Below are positions 56,699-64,000 of a DNA stretch of 64,000 bases, one piece after another. Numbering within the stretch: the first letter of the stretch is position 1; each line of letters begins with the position of its first letter. The stretch spans positions 361 through 64,360 of the forward strand of contig DXHY01000045.1 of the NCBI GenBank assembly GCA_019113175.1, written 5' to 3'. This stretch comes from Candidatus Eisenbergiella stercoravium. Lineage in GTDB: Bacteria; Bacillota; Clostridia; Lachnospirales; Lachnospiraceae. A program made the translations under genes and the position numbers. A model generated the notes under the pieces. That model ran no database searches and had not been told where the DNA came from. It was given only the letters and a program-made list of their open reading frames with translations.

Positions 56699-58101
56699 AC
56701 TGTTATAACTGCGGAGCTCTCCTGACAGAAAATGATTTCTGCACCAGCTGCGGTGCCGATGTGAGGCATTACAAGAAGATCATCGGCCTTTCCAATATGT
56801 ATTATAACGACGGGCTGGAAAAAGCAAATGTAAGAGATCTGTCCGGAGCCATCAGAAGCCTGAGGGAATGTCTGAAGCTGAACAAATTTCATATTGATGC
56901 GAGAAATCTGCTGGGGCTGGTATATTTTGAAATGGGAGAAACCGTGAATGCTCTCAGCGAATGGGTATTGAGCAAGAATCTCAAGTCTGAGAAGAACATC
57001 GCGGACGATTATATTGAAGCGGTTCAGAATAATCCGAGCCAGCTGGAAAACCTTAATCAGGCCATCAAAAAGTACAATCAGGCACTGGTTTACTGTCAGC
57101 AGGGAAGCCTGGATCTGGCTGTGATCCAGCTGAAAAAGGTGCTTTCCATCAATCCGCGCTTCCTGCGGGCACATCAGCTCCTTGCCCTTCTCTACATTCA
57201 GTCGGAGGACTGGGAGAAGGCAAAGAGAGAGTTGAATAAATGCGGCAGGATCGATGTGCGCAATACCACTACACTCCGCTATATGAAGGAAGTCAACGGA
57301 GCGATGGTGGAGGATGATAATAAGGGAGTGCACCGGAACCGGAAGACGGAGGATGTAATCAAATACCAGAGCGGAAATGAGACGATCATCCAGCCGGTTA
57401 ACGTCCAGGAACCCAGGAAGGGATTTTCCTTTCTGATTTACCTGCTCATCGGTGCGGCTGTCGGACTGGCGGTGGCACTGACACTGATCATGCCTGCTCA
57501 GATGCAGGGCCTTCGGACGCAGCTCAATGAGGAAAGCAGGTCGGTGGGTGAGCAGCTGGAGAAGAAGAATGCCGAACTGAACGAACTGCAGGCTCAGGTG
57601 ACTGAGCTGGAGGCGCAGAATACGGAGCTGACGAATGAACTGGACGCCTATGCGGGAACGGATGGAACTCTTCAGACGGTGGAGGATCTTCTGAATGCAG
57701 CCTATATCTACCTGGATACGCCGGAGGACATCGAAAGCCTGGCGGGAGCGCTGGAAGCGGTGGATGCGGAAAGCATGGATTCTGAAAATATTTCCGAGGC
57801 CTACCGGAACCTCTATGATAAACTGCTGGAGCTGGCAGGACCTGAAATCAGTCAGACCTGTCTGGCAAACGGAAATTCGGCTTACCGGGACGGAGATTAT
57901 GATACGGCTATTACGGAGCTGGAACGGGCGTTTAATTATGATGAGACCAACAGCGATGCCCTTCTCCTTCTGGGAGATGCCTACCGCAGGAATGGTGACA
58001 GCCGGAATGCTACCCGGATTTATAACCAGGTGACGGAGCTGTTCCCCAATACCGATAATGCCAGAAGGGCGGAAAGTGCGCTCAGCGAGCTGGAGGGGTG
58101 A
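56695..58101 (+). CDS. Zinc-ribbon + TPR repeat protein with a central TM helix and coiled coil
   Basis: N-terminal CYNCG...CTSCG ribbon, TPR-like repeats, the TM segment FSFLIYLLIGAAVGLAVALTLIM, a heptad region LNELQAQVTELEAQNTELTNEL, and C-terminal TPRs. Confidence 0.75.
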   Translation: MNCYNCGALLTENDFCTSCGADVRHYKKIIGLSNMYYNDGLEKANVRDLSGAIRSLRECLKLNKFHIDARNLLGLVYFEMGETVNALSEWVLSKNLKSEKNIADDYIEAVQNNPSQLENLNQAIKKYNQALVYCQQGSLDLAVIQLKKVLSINPRFLRAHQLLALLYIQSEDWEKAKRELNKCGRIDVRNTTTLRYMKEVNGAMVEDDNKGVHRNRKTEDVIKYQSGNETIIQPVNVQEPRKGFSFLIYLLIGAAVGLAVALTLIMPAQMQGLRTQLNEESRSVGEQLEKKNAELNELQAQVTELEAQNTELTNELDAYAGTDGTLQTVEDLLNAAYIYLDTPEDIESLAGALEAVDAESMDSENISEAYRNLYDKLLELAGPEISQTCLANGNSAYRDGDYDTAITELERAFNYDETNSDALLLLGDAYRRNGDSRNATRIYNQVTELFPNTDNARRAESALSELEG

Positions 58102-58209
58102 GAAAGAAAGAGCATGTAAAAATGCCGTTTTGTCTGCAGATATGGTTTGAGAATATAAAAACTTAAAAAATTAAATAAAAATTAAATATTTCTTTTATAA
58201 AAACGGACA

Positions 58210-58252
58210 AAAGAGAACTTAACCTTAAAATTTAAGGAGAGTTCTCTTTTTT
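58210..58252 (+). terminator. Rho-independent terminator upstream of the spoIIA operon
   Basis: A 10-bp outer stem, aaagagaact / agttctcttt, has an inner ccttaa/ttaagg and is followed by TTT(T)G. It sits in an AT-rich region. Confidence 0.65.
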
Positions 58253-58328
58253 GTTATTTAACATGAACTGTCATGGGGAGATTCCGATAAGTGGGACCGT
58301 ATCGATGACAGCGGAGAAAGGAGAAGCT

Positions 58329-58652
58329 GTGAAAGTATTGGAAGAAGATTTCAGAGTTATTGACAACTGCCTGTGCATCCGTATGCCTGAAGAGGTGGAT
58401 CACCATCATGCGGAAGAACTCTGCAGGATTGCGGATCACCATATTCTGGAGGAACAGGTGGAAAACGTGCTGTTTGATTTTTCGGATACCAGATTCATGG
58501 ACAGCTCGGGGATCGGCATCCTGATCGGACGCTACCGGCTGATTTCCTGCTTTGGAGGAAAGGTATACGCTGCCCATCCGGACAAACAGATCCGAAGAAT
58601 GCTGGAAATGTCCGGCATGAAGAAGATTGTGGAAATCGTGGGAGAAAAATGA
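58329..58652 (+). CDS. spoIIAA: Anti-sigma F factor antagonist SpoIIAA (STAS domain)
   Basis: The DSSGIGILIGRY phospho-serine context is present. A GTG at 58329 lies 6 nt after AAAGGAGAAG. An in-frame ATG at 58305 is an alternative start. Confidence 0.85.
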   Translation: MKVLEEDFRVIDNCLCIRMPEEVDHHHAEELCRIADHHILEEQVENVLFDFSDTRFMDSSGIGILIGRYRLISCFGGKVYAAHPDKQIRRMLEMSGMKKIVEIVGEK

Positions 58653-58768
58653 GATGCCGCTGGCGCGGCAGAAAGCAGAGGCGGAAAACGGGAGATCCCG
58701 TTTTCCTGGAAGAATCCCTTTGGGATTCTTCACTTATGAGATGCCGCTGACGCGGCAGAAAGCAGAGG
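58649..58768 (+). repeat. 33-nt direct repeat (32/33 identical, 87-nt period) flanking a 54-nt two-hairpin core between spoIIAA and spoIIAB
   Basis: Copy 1 is atgagatgccgctgGcgcggcagaaagcagagg (58649-58681). Copy 2 is atgagatgccgctgAcgcggcagaaagcagagg (58736-58768). The core hairpins are at 58683-58706 and 58709-58731, each 10 bp. Confidence 0.9.
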
Positions 58769-58773
58769 TTGAG

Positions 58774-59229
58774 ATGAAAAACGAAATGAGGATGGAGTTT
58801 GATGCGGTTTCGGAAAACGAGGGATTTGCACGGGTGGCGGTCGCAGCCTTTGTCACGCCGCTGGATCCTACCCTGGAGGAGGTGGCGGATATCAAAACGG
58901 CCGTTTCGGAAGCAGTGACAAACGCTGTGATCCATGCCTATCCGGACTGGCCGGAAGAGAGGCCGAAGAAGGTGGAGTTGAGATGCTCCGTCAATGGAGA
59001 TGTTCTACATATTGAAATTGAAGATCATGGTATCGGAATTACGGATGTGGAAAAGGCAATGGAGCCCCTGTTTTCCACTTGTCCGGATAAGGACCGTTCC
59101 GGCATGGGCTTCGCCTTTATGGAAGCGTTTATGGATGATCTGGATGTGGAATCCGCCGTGGGACAGGGCACGGTGGTCCGGATGGAGAAAAAGCTGGGAA
59201 CGCTGTCCTGGGCGGAAGAAGAGGAGTGA
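58774..59229 (+). CDS. spoIIAB: Anti-sigma F factor SpoIIAB (serine kinase)
   Basis: EAVTNAVIHAY (N-box), DHGIGI (G1) and RSGMGF (G2) motifs. ATG 58774 follows the second repeat copy. An in-frame upstream ATG at 58654 would add 40 aa. Confidence 0.9.
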   Translation: MKNEMRMEFDAVSENEGFARVAVAAFVTPLDPTLEEVADIKTAVSEAVTNAVIHAYPDWPEERPKKVELRCSVNGDVLHIEIEDHGIGITDVEKAMEPLFSTCPDKDRSGMGFAFMEAFMDDLDVESAVGQGTVVRMEKKLGTLSWAEEEE

Positions 59230-59241
59230 GGGGAGGACAGC

Positions 59242-59982
59242 GTGAAGGAGATATCAGTGCTGATTGCACGGGCACAGGAAGGTGACCGGGAGGCCAGAGA
59301 GGTACTGATAGAGAAAAATCTGGGACTGGTCCATCATATCGTAAAGCGGTTTGCAGGCCGCGGATATGAGATGGAGGATCTGTTTCAGATCGGAACAATC
59401 GGCCTGATCAAGGCGATCGATAAATTTGATCTGTCCTATGAGGTGCAGTTTTCCACTTATGCCGTTCCAATGATTACCGGAGAGATCAAGCGGTTTCTGC
59501 GGGATGACGGACCAATCCGCATCAGCAGGACGCTGAAGGAAAACGGATGGAAGGTGAAACAGGCTGCGCAGAAGCTTTCGCACAGTCTGGGCAGGGAGCC
59601 AACTCTTGAGGAGATTTCTGAGGAAACCGGAATGGAGAGAGCGGATGTGGTGCTTGCAATGGAGGCCGGCGTGGAGGTGGAATCCATCTATAAGACGGTC
59701 TATCAGTCGGATGGAAATGAGATTCAGCTTCTGGATAAGGTGGCCTCCTCCCGCGCATCGGACGGCTGGGAGGATGAGGAAAAGGACAGGCTTTTGGACC
59801 ATATGCTTCTGGAGCAGCTGCTCGAAGAACTGCCGGAAGCGGATCGTGAGCTGATCCGGATGCGATATTTTGAAAATATGACGCAGAGCGAGGTGGCAAA
59901 GAATCTGGGCATCAGCCAGGTACAGGTCAGCCGGCTGGAGAAAAAAATTCTTCTCAGCATGCGGCATAAGGTTCTGTGCTGA
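59242..59982 (+). CDS. sigF: RNA polymerase sporulation sigma factor SigF
   Basis: GTG start. Region 2 has DLFQIGTIGLIKAIDKFD and region 4 has MTQSEVAKNLGISQVQVSRLEKK. Synteny follows spoIIAB. Confidence 0.9.
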   Translation: MKEISVLIARAQEGDREAREVLIEKNLGLVHHIVKRFAGRGYEMEDLFQIGTIGLIKAIDKFDLSYEVQFSTYAVPMITGEIKRFLRDDGPIRISRTLKENGWKVKQAAQKLSHSLGREPTLEEISEETGMERADVVLAMEAGVEVESIYKTVYQSDGNEIQLLDKVASSRASDGWEDEEKDRLLDHMLLEQLLEELPEADRELIRMRYFENMTQSEVAKNLGISQVQVSRLEKKILLSMRHKVLC

Positions 59983-60138
59983 GGAACGGACCATGACAAA
60001 TTCTGTATAAAACCGGCTCCGACTTCAAATACTGAGAGAGTATGAAGACTGCCGCAATCCGGCATGGAGGCAGGAACTGCTTACCGGATTGCCACGGCGG
60101 TGTATGAACCGAATGTTCGTGACGGGAAAGGAGCGAAA

Positions 60139-60771
60139 ATGGCAACGCGGGAAACGCTGTATCTGAAGCTGGAGAGGAATGTGGAAACGCAGAAAAAGGA
60201 GATTCATCTCAGCGATCTGGGGAAGCTGGTGTGTGCGGATAAGGAAATTCTTGCAAGAGCAAAGGCGCTGAAGGTCTGCAGCTTCCGGGAGGAAGGGAAA
60301 AAACGGTATGTGGTCAGCGTGATGAAGATTCTGGAGGAACTGCAGAAAATTTACCCGTCCCTTGAAGTGCAGAACATCGGTGAGGCAGAGGTGATTGTGG
60401 AACGGGTGAAGGCGGAGCAGAAAAAGGGACCGTGGCTCTGGCTGAAAATTGCTTTTGTCTGCCTCATCTGCTTTTTCGGACCTGCCTTTACCATCATGGC
60501 TTTTCACAATGACATCGGCATCAGCGATGTATTCGCAAAAGTTTATGAAATGGTGATGGACGAGCCCTCGGACGGAATCACCATTCTGGAAATTTCCTAT
60601 TCCATCGGTCTTGCGGCCGGGATCATCCTGTTCTTTAACCACATCGGCGGAAGAAGAATCACGAAGGATCCCACCCCCATCGAGGTGGAGATGCGCATTT
60701 ATGAGGATCAGGTGAATAACGCGCTGGTGGAAACCGCCGACAGAGAGGGGGAGACGATCGATGCTTCCTGA
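60139..60771 (+). CDS. spoVAA: Stage V sporulation protein AA
   Basis: The N-terminal soluble domain (LYLKLERNVETQKKEIHLSDLGKL...VVSVMKILEELQKIYPSLEVQNIGEAEVIVE) is followed by TM helices, matching the SpoVAA layout. GGGAAAGGAG SD. Confidence 0.7.
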   Translation: MATRETLYLKLERNVETQKKEIHLSDLGKLVCADKEILARAKALKVCSFREEGKKRYVVSVMKILEELQKIYPSLEVQNIGEAEVIVERVKAEQKKGPWLWLKIAFVCLICFFGPAFTIMAFHNDIGISDVFAKVYEMVMDEPSDGITILEISYSIGLAAGIILFFNHIGGRRITKDPTPIEVEMRIYEDQVNNALVETADREGETIDAS

Positions 60772-61267
60772 AGGAGGTCTGTGGCTTTTTTTCCGTCAGG
60801 CAGGCCTCGCCGTTGCCGGTATAAGCGGCGGCCTGCTGGTATCGGGAGGCGTGTTCACCGTCCTGATGTCTGTGGGACTGGTGCCGCGTTTTGCGGGGAA
60901 AACCCATACCGGACGGGATGTTTTTCTTTATGAGGAAATGGTGGTGTTCGGAACGCTTATGGGAAATTTCCTCAGCGTATTCGGCTATCCCTGCTTTTTC
61001 TCCCAGAAGCTGTACGGCCTGCTTTCCGGACGGGCGGACTGGCTGTGGGAAGGACTTACGGCCTGCGTGCTCGCACTTTTCGGACTGTTTGCCGGAATCT
61101 TTGTGGGCTGTCTGGCTCTGGCGATTGCGGAGATGCTGGATTCCATCCCAATCTTTGCAAGGCGAATTTCCTTCCGCCATGGTCTTGGTCTTGCCGTTCT
61201 TTCCGTGGCGCTGGGAAAGCTGGCAGGAAGTCTGTATTATTTTTTGGGAAAATTCTTTGCTTCTTAG
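60761..61267 (+). CDS. spoVAB: Stage V sporulation protein AB
   Basis: 168-aa membrane protein overlapping spoVAA by 11 nt. The GLVPRFAGKTHT and AIAEMLDSIPIFARRISF blocks parallel SpoVAB. Confidence 0.65.
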   Translation: MLPEGGLWLFFRQAGLAVAGISGGLLVSGGVFTVLMSVGLVPRFAGKTHTGRDVFLYEEMVVFGTLMGNFLSVFGYPCFFSQKLYGLLSGRADWLWEGLTACVLALFGLFAGIFVGCLALAIAEMLDSIPIFARRISFRHGLGLAVLSVALGKLAGSLYYFLGKFFAS

Positions 61268-61274
61268 GAGGGGG

Positions 61275-61823
61275 TCATACGATATCCACATCACCCTCAT
61301 GCATCATATAGCTGGCAAACACATACATGGCCGCCCAGAAAACCGCCGGATAGTCGTCCGCACAGGCAAAAATCTGCGGCCGGATGGAAAAGAAGGGAGA
61401 GATCTTGCCTATGACGGTGGAGTCCCTGACGAACAGGACGCTCTGATCCTTCTGGCGGTCCGCCTCGAGCCTGCCGTCCGGAGTCAGAATATCCAGATGG
61501 ACGCCCTGGGGAGGACGGATGAGAGAGACAGCGCCGCTGCAGGGATGGCAGGTAAGCTTTCCGCGGGCGCATTCTTTACCTTGTTCCCTGGCAAGATAGA
61601 AAATGCTGCCGTTTTCCCGCAGAATCTCCGTTTCGATGACGGTTTCACCACCGCTTTGAATCAGCTTTGCCGAATCGGTGAGCTTTTTCTGAATGATGTT
61701 GATTCTTTCGCCGGAATTACCATATGCGTGTCTGGCGGCAGGAGCCGCGGATGCGGAGCCCTCCTGCCTGGCCTGGCATGAGAGATGAAAACCGCCGAGA
61801 ACCGGTCTGATCTGAAGAATCAT
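61275..61823 (-). CDS. Hypothetical protein
   Basis: 182-aa ORF with ATG 61823 lying 5 nt after ATGGAGG. No family recognised. It is convergent with spoVAB. Confidence 0.45.
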   Translation of the reverse strand: MILQIRPVLGGFHLSCQARQEGSASAAPAARHAYGNSGERINIIQKKLTDSAKLIQSGGETVIETEILRENGSIFYLAREQGKECARGKLTCHPCSGAVSLIRPPQGVHLDILTPDGRLEADRQKDQSVLFVRDSTVIGKISPFFSIRPQIFACADDYPAVFWAAMYVFASYMMHEGDVDIV

Positions 61824-61902
61824 AATAACCTCCATTCCGGAGCGTCTGAGACCGGTGAGAACCGGTTATGCTGTTTGTAACGCTCCTGAATTCTGAAACG
61901 GA

Positions 61903-62478
61903 TTACATCACGCTTCCTGTCAGAGTATATAAAATGCCTCCTACTACGCCGCATCCCAGCATGACGAAGATGGGATTGGTTTTCCCGCGCCGCAGGATGA
62001 ACAGGGACACCAGGAAAAGCAGGACGGCGATCAGGTTGGTGTCCGCCGGATGCAGGGAGATGCTTTCCTGATTCCAGATGGCAAGGCATAGGATCGACAG
62101 TCCGGCAGAGGCGATGAGCGCCACAATGGCGGGCCGAAGCCCGGAAAGCGTACCCTGGATATAGGCGAGATTTCCATATTTAAAGTACAGCCAGGCCAGC
62201 ACAAGCACGATGAGACAGGAGGGCAGGACGCATCCGGCCGTGGCGACGATGGCGCCGGGAATGCCGGCGGTACGTATTCCCACAAAGGTGGAGGAGTTGA
62301 TGGTGATGGGTCCGGGTGTCATTTCGGCAATGGTGATCAGGTCGGTGAATTCCGTCATGCTCAGCCATCCGTGGCCCGCAACCACCTGCTCCTGGATCAG
62401 AGGGATGGCAGCCATGCCGCCTCCAAAACTGAGCAGGCCGATCTGAAAGAAACTGAAAAACAGATCCAGATAATTCAT
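61903..62478 (-). CDS. chrA: Chromate transporter family protein (C-terminal half homolog)
   Basis: IGLLSFGGGMAAIPLIQEQVV is the CHR motif. The start at 62478 overlaps the upstream stop. Confidence 0.8.
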   Translation of the reverse strand: MNYLDLFFSFFQIGLLSFGGGMAAIPLIQEQVVAGHGWLSMTEFTDLITIAEMTPGPITINSSTFVGIRTAGIPGAIVATAGCVLPSCLIVLVLAWLYFKYGNLAYIQGTLSGLRPAIVALIASAGLSILCLAIWNQESISLHPADTNLIAVLLFLVSLFILRRGKTNPIFVMLGCGVVGGILYTLTGSVM

Positions 62479-63050
62479 TTGGCAGGTTCCTCCTTCTTTT
62501 TGGAAAGTGTGAAAAAGGTACGTAGAATTCCGTAGATGGCGCAGGCCAGGATGATCCACAGCACGTTGACACCAAAAAACCAGGAAGCGCAGAAGGCGGC
62601 TGCCATGACAAGAACGGACAGGATGCCGCTTTCCTTATATACGCTGCCGCAGAGGTTGATGGTCACGTCTGCGATAACCGCAGCGATTCCGGACTGCATG
62701 CCCTTTAATACGGCCGCCACGATGAGGTTTTCCCGGAAGGCCGTATAACACAGCGAAATCAGAGAAATAATCACAAAGGGCGGAATGATGGTTCCAAATA
62801 CGGCGATGATGGTTCCGATGATACCCGCCGTCCGGTATCCAACCAGAATTGCCGCGTTGACAGCCACGGCTCCCGGAGCGGACTGGGCGATTGCCGCCAG
62901 ATTCAGCATTTCCTTTTCTTCAATCCAGTGCAGCTCGTCGGTAAATTTTTTCTTCAGAAGAGAAATGATGACGTAGCCGCCGCCGAAGGTGAAACTGCTG
63001 ATCGTCAGGGTTGACAGGAACAGAGTGAGATACTTCTTCCTTTTATCCAT
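62475..63050 (-). CDS. chrA: Chromate transporter family protein (N-terminal half homolog)
   Basis: SSFTFGGGYVIISLLKKKF is the CHR motif. The gene pair is arranged as a split ChrA. Confidence 0.8.
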   Translation of the reverse strand: MDKRKKYLTLFLSTLTISSFTFGGGYVIISLLKKKFTDELHWIEEKEMLNLAAIAQSAPGAVAVNAAILVGYRTAGIIGTIIAVFGTIIPPFVIISLISLCYTAFRENLIVAAVLKGMQSGIAAVIADVTINLCGSVYKESGILSVLVMAAAFCASWFFGVNVLWIILACAIYGILRTFFTLSKKKEEPAK

Positions 63051-63183
63051 GCGAAAATCCCTTGCCTTTCTGTTTTTTCTATTCCCACCATACCCCTTGC
63101 CTGATTATTTGTAAAATACTATAATATAATGAAGATAATAGCTATTTCATTATAGAAGAGAAAACATTTGCGGAGGAACTGTC

Positions 63184-64000
63184 ATGACACTTCGCCATCT
63201 GAAAATTTTTCTTGCCGTTTATGAAACGGGGAGCACAACGGCCGCTGCCGAGGAGCTGCTCATCGCCCAGCCTTCCGTGAGCGTGGCCCTGAAGGAGCTG
63301 GAGGAGCATTATGGTGTCAGGGTATTTGAACGGATGTCGAAACGCCTTTATGTGACGCAGGCGGGACAGGAGCTGTACCAGTATGCCAGACATCTGGTCA
63401 GCCTGTTTGAAGAGACGGAGGATGCCATGAAAAGCCTGGGCGTTTCAGGAACACTCCACGTGGGGAGCAGCGTCACCATCGGAAATTATTTTCTGCCCGG
63501 TTACATCAAAGCCTTTCAGAAGGAATTTCCGCAGGTGCGGGTACGGGTGACGGTAGAAAATACGGATACCATTGAAAAGCTGCTTCTGGAAAACGGAATC
63601 GATCTGGGACTGGTGGAAGGAAGCATCCACAGCCCGTTTCTGGTGCAGTTTCCCTATCGGAGGGACAGGCTGGTGATGATCTGTTCTCCGGAGCACCCTT
63701 ACGCTTCCTGGAAAAGCATCGTGCCGGAGGTTCTGGCTGCAGAGGACGTGCTTCTGCGGGAAAAGGGGAGCGCGGTCAGAGAGCTGTTCGACACCCGGAT
63801 GGCAGAGGCAGGTCTGGAAATCGAGCCGCTCTGGGAAAGTGTCAGCACCCGCGCTCTGGTCCGGGCGGTCAGAGAAAATATGGGTGTCTCGGTCCTTCCA
63901 TATTACCTGGTGGAGGAGGATATCCGCCACGGAGAGGTGAAGGCGGTTTCTGTGGAGCGGATGGACTTCACCCGGGAATTCAGTATTGTCTACCATCGGA
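63184..64000 (+). CDS. LysR family transcriptional regulator (3' end beyond the window)
   Basis: The translation is MTLRHLKIFLAVYETGSTTAAAEELLIAQPSVSVALKELEEHYGVRVFERMSKRLYVTQAG (LysR HTH). The frame stays open to the window end. It is absent from the ORF track because no stop is reached. GCGGAGGAAC SD. Confidence 0.85.
   Translation, partial: MTLRHLKIFLAVYETGSTTAAAEELLIAQPSVSVALKELEEHYGVRVFERMSKRLYVTQAGQELYQYARHLVSLFEETEDAMKSLGVSGTLHVGSSVTIGNYFLPGYIKAFQKEFPQVRVRVTVENTDTIEKLLLENGIDLGLVEGSIHSPFLVQFPYRRDRLVMICSPEHPYASWKSIVPEVLAAEDVLLREKGSAVRELFDTRMAEAGLEIEPLWESVSTRALVRAVRENMGVSVLPYYLVEEDIRHGEVKAVSVERMDFTREFSIVYHR

Noticed and set aside
58649-58768. Possibility that the 33-nt repeats (and the 30-nt repeats at 30098-30213) are a miniature CRISPR array.
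   Set aside because: There are only two copies at each site. The repeats contain the local stop/start/SD signals, the spacer is itself two hairpins, and no cas genes are in the window.
58627-59229. 200-aa version of SpoIIAB starting inside spoIIAA.
   Set aside because: The first 9 codons overlap spoIIAA out of frame and lack an SD. Homology to SpoIIAB starts at MKNEMRMEF (58774). A start at 58654 (40-aa extension through the repeat insertion) is not excluded and is discussed as a finding.

Overview
This is a 64-kb chromosomal segment from a high-GC (roughly 57%) spore-forming Firmicute, Clostridia-like by gene content. I call about 55 protein genes, one tRNA-Leu(UAG) and two T-box leaders (Trp upstream of a TrpB2-type gene, and one upstream of valS). 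All family assignments come from motif recognition in the supplied translations; no searches were run.

Gene content, in order:
- DUF1062 and CD3324-family proteins, a SAM methyltransferase and a pair of ABC exporter genes.
- Two URO-D-family paralogs and a MATE exporter.
- DUF523, an L-cysteine-desulfidase-like protein and an S8 peptidase.
- A sugar-use cluster: IlvD/Edd dehydratase, a 1052-aa YetA-like putative glycosidase, an AraC regulator, two MFS transporters and a GH95.
- YtvI, an MBL-fold protein, GNATs, a Zn-ADH, a UvrA paralog, a P-type Ca/cation ATPase, TrmO and an M24 peptidase.
- A PadR operon, then an ATP-grasp plus MATE operon.
- IMPase, SGNH hydrolase and a NERD protein.
- valS-folC, then the sporulation block spoIIAA-spoIIAB-sigF-spoVAA-spoVAB.
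- A split chrA pair and a LysR regulator.

I see no transposase, integrase, phage module, CRISPR array or recognisable defence system. The many long antisense ORFs in the track are high-GC artefacts.

The unusual signals are non-coding:
1. An 87-nt in-frame duplication-insertion sits between spoIIAA and spoIIAB. A 33-nt hairpin+SD unit is repeated around a two-hairpin core.
2. The same architecture occurs in the trpB2 leader.
3. GC hairpin + extended SD modules recur in front of many start codons.
4. A 132-nt three-hairpin insertion, flanked by a 7-bp direct repeat, lies inside the valS T-box leader.

At the protein level, the most interesting item is an ATP-grasp ligase co-transcribed with a MATE exporter that carries a C-terminal SpoIIAB/RsbW-like domain.
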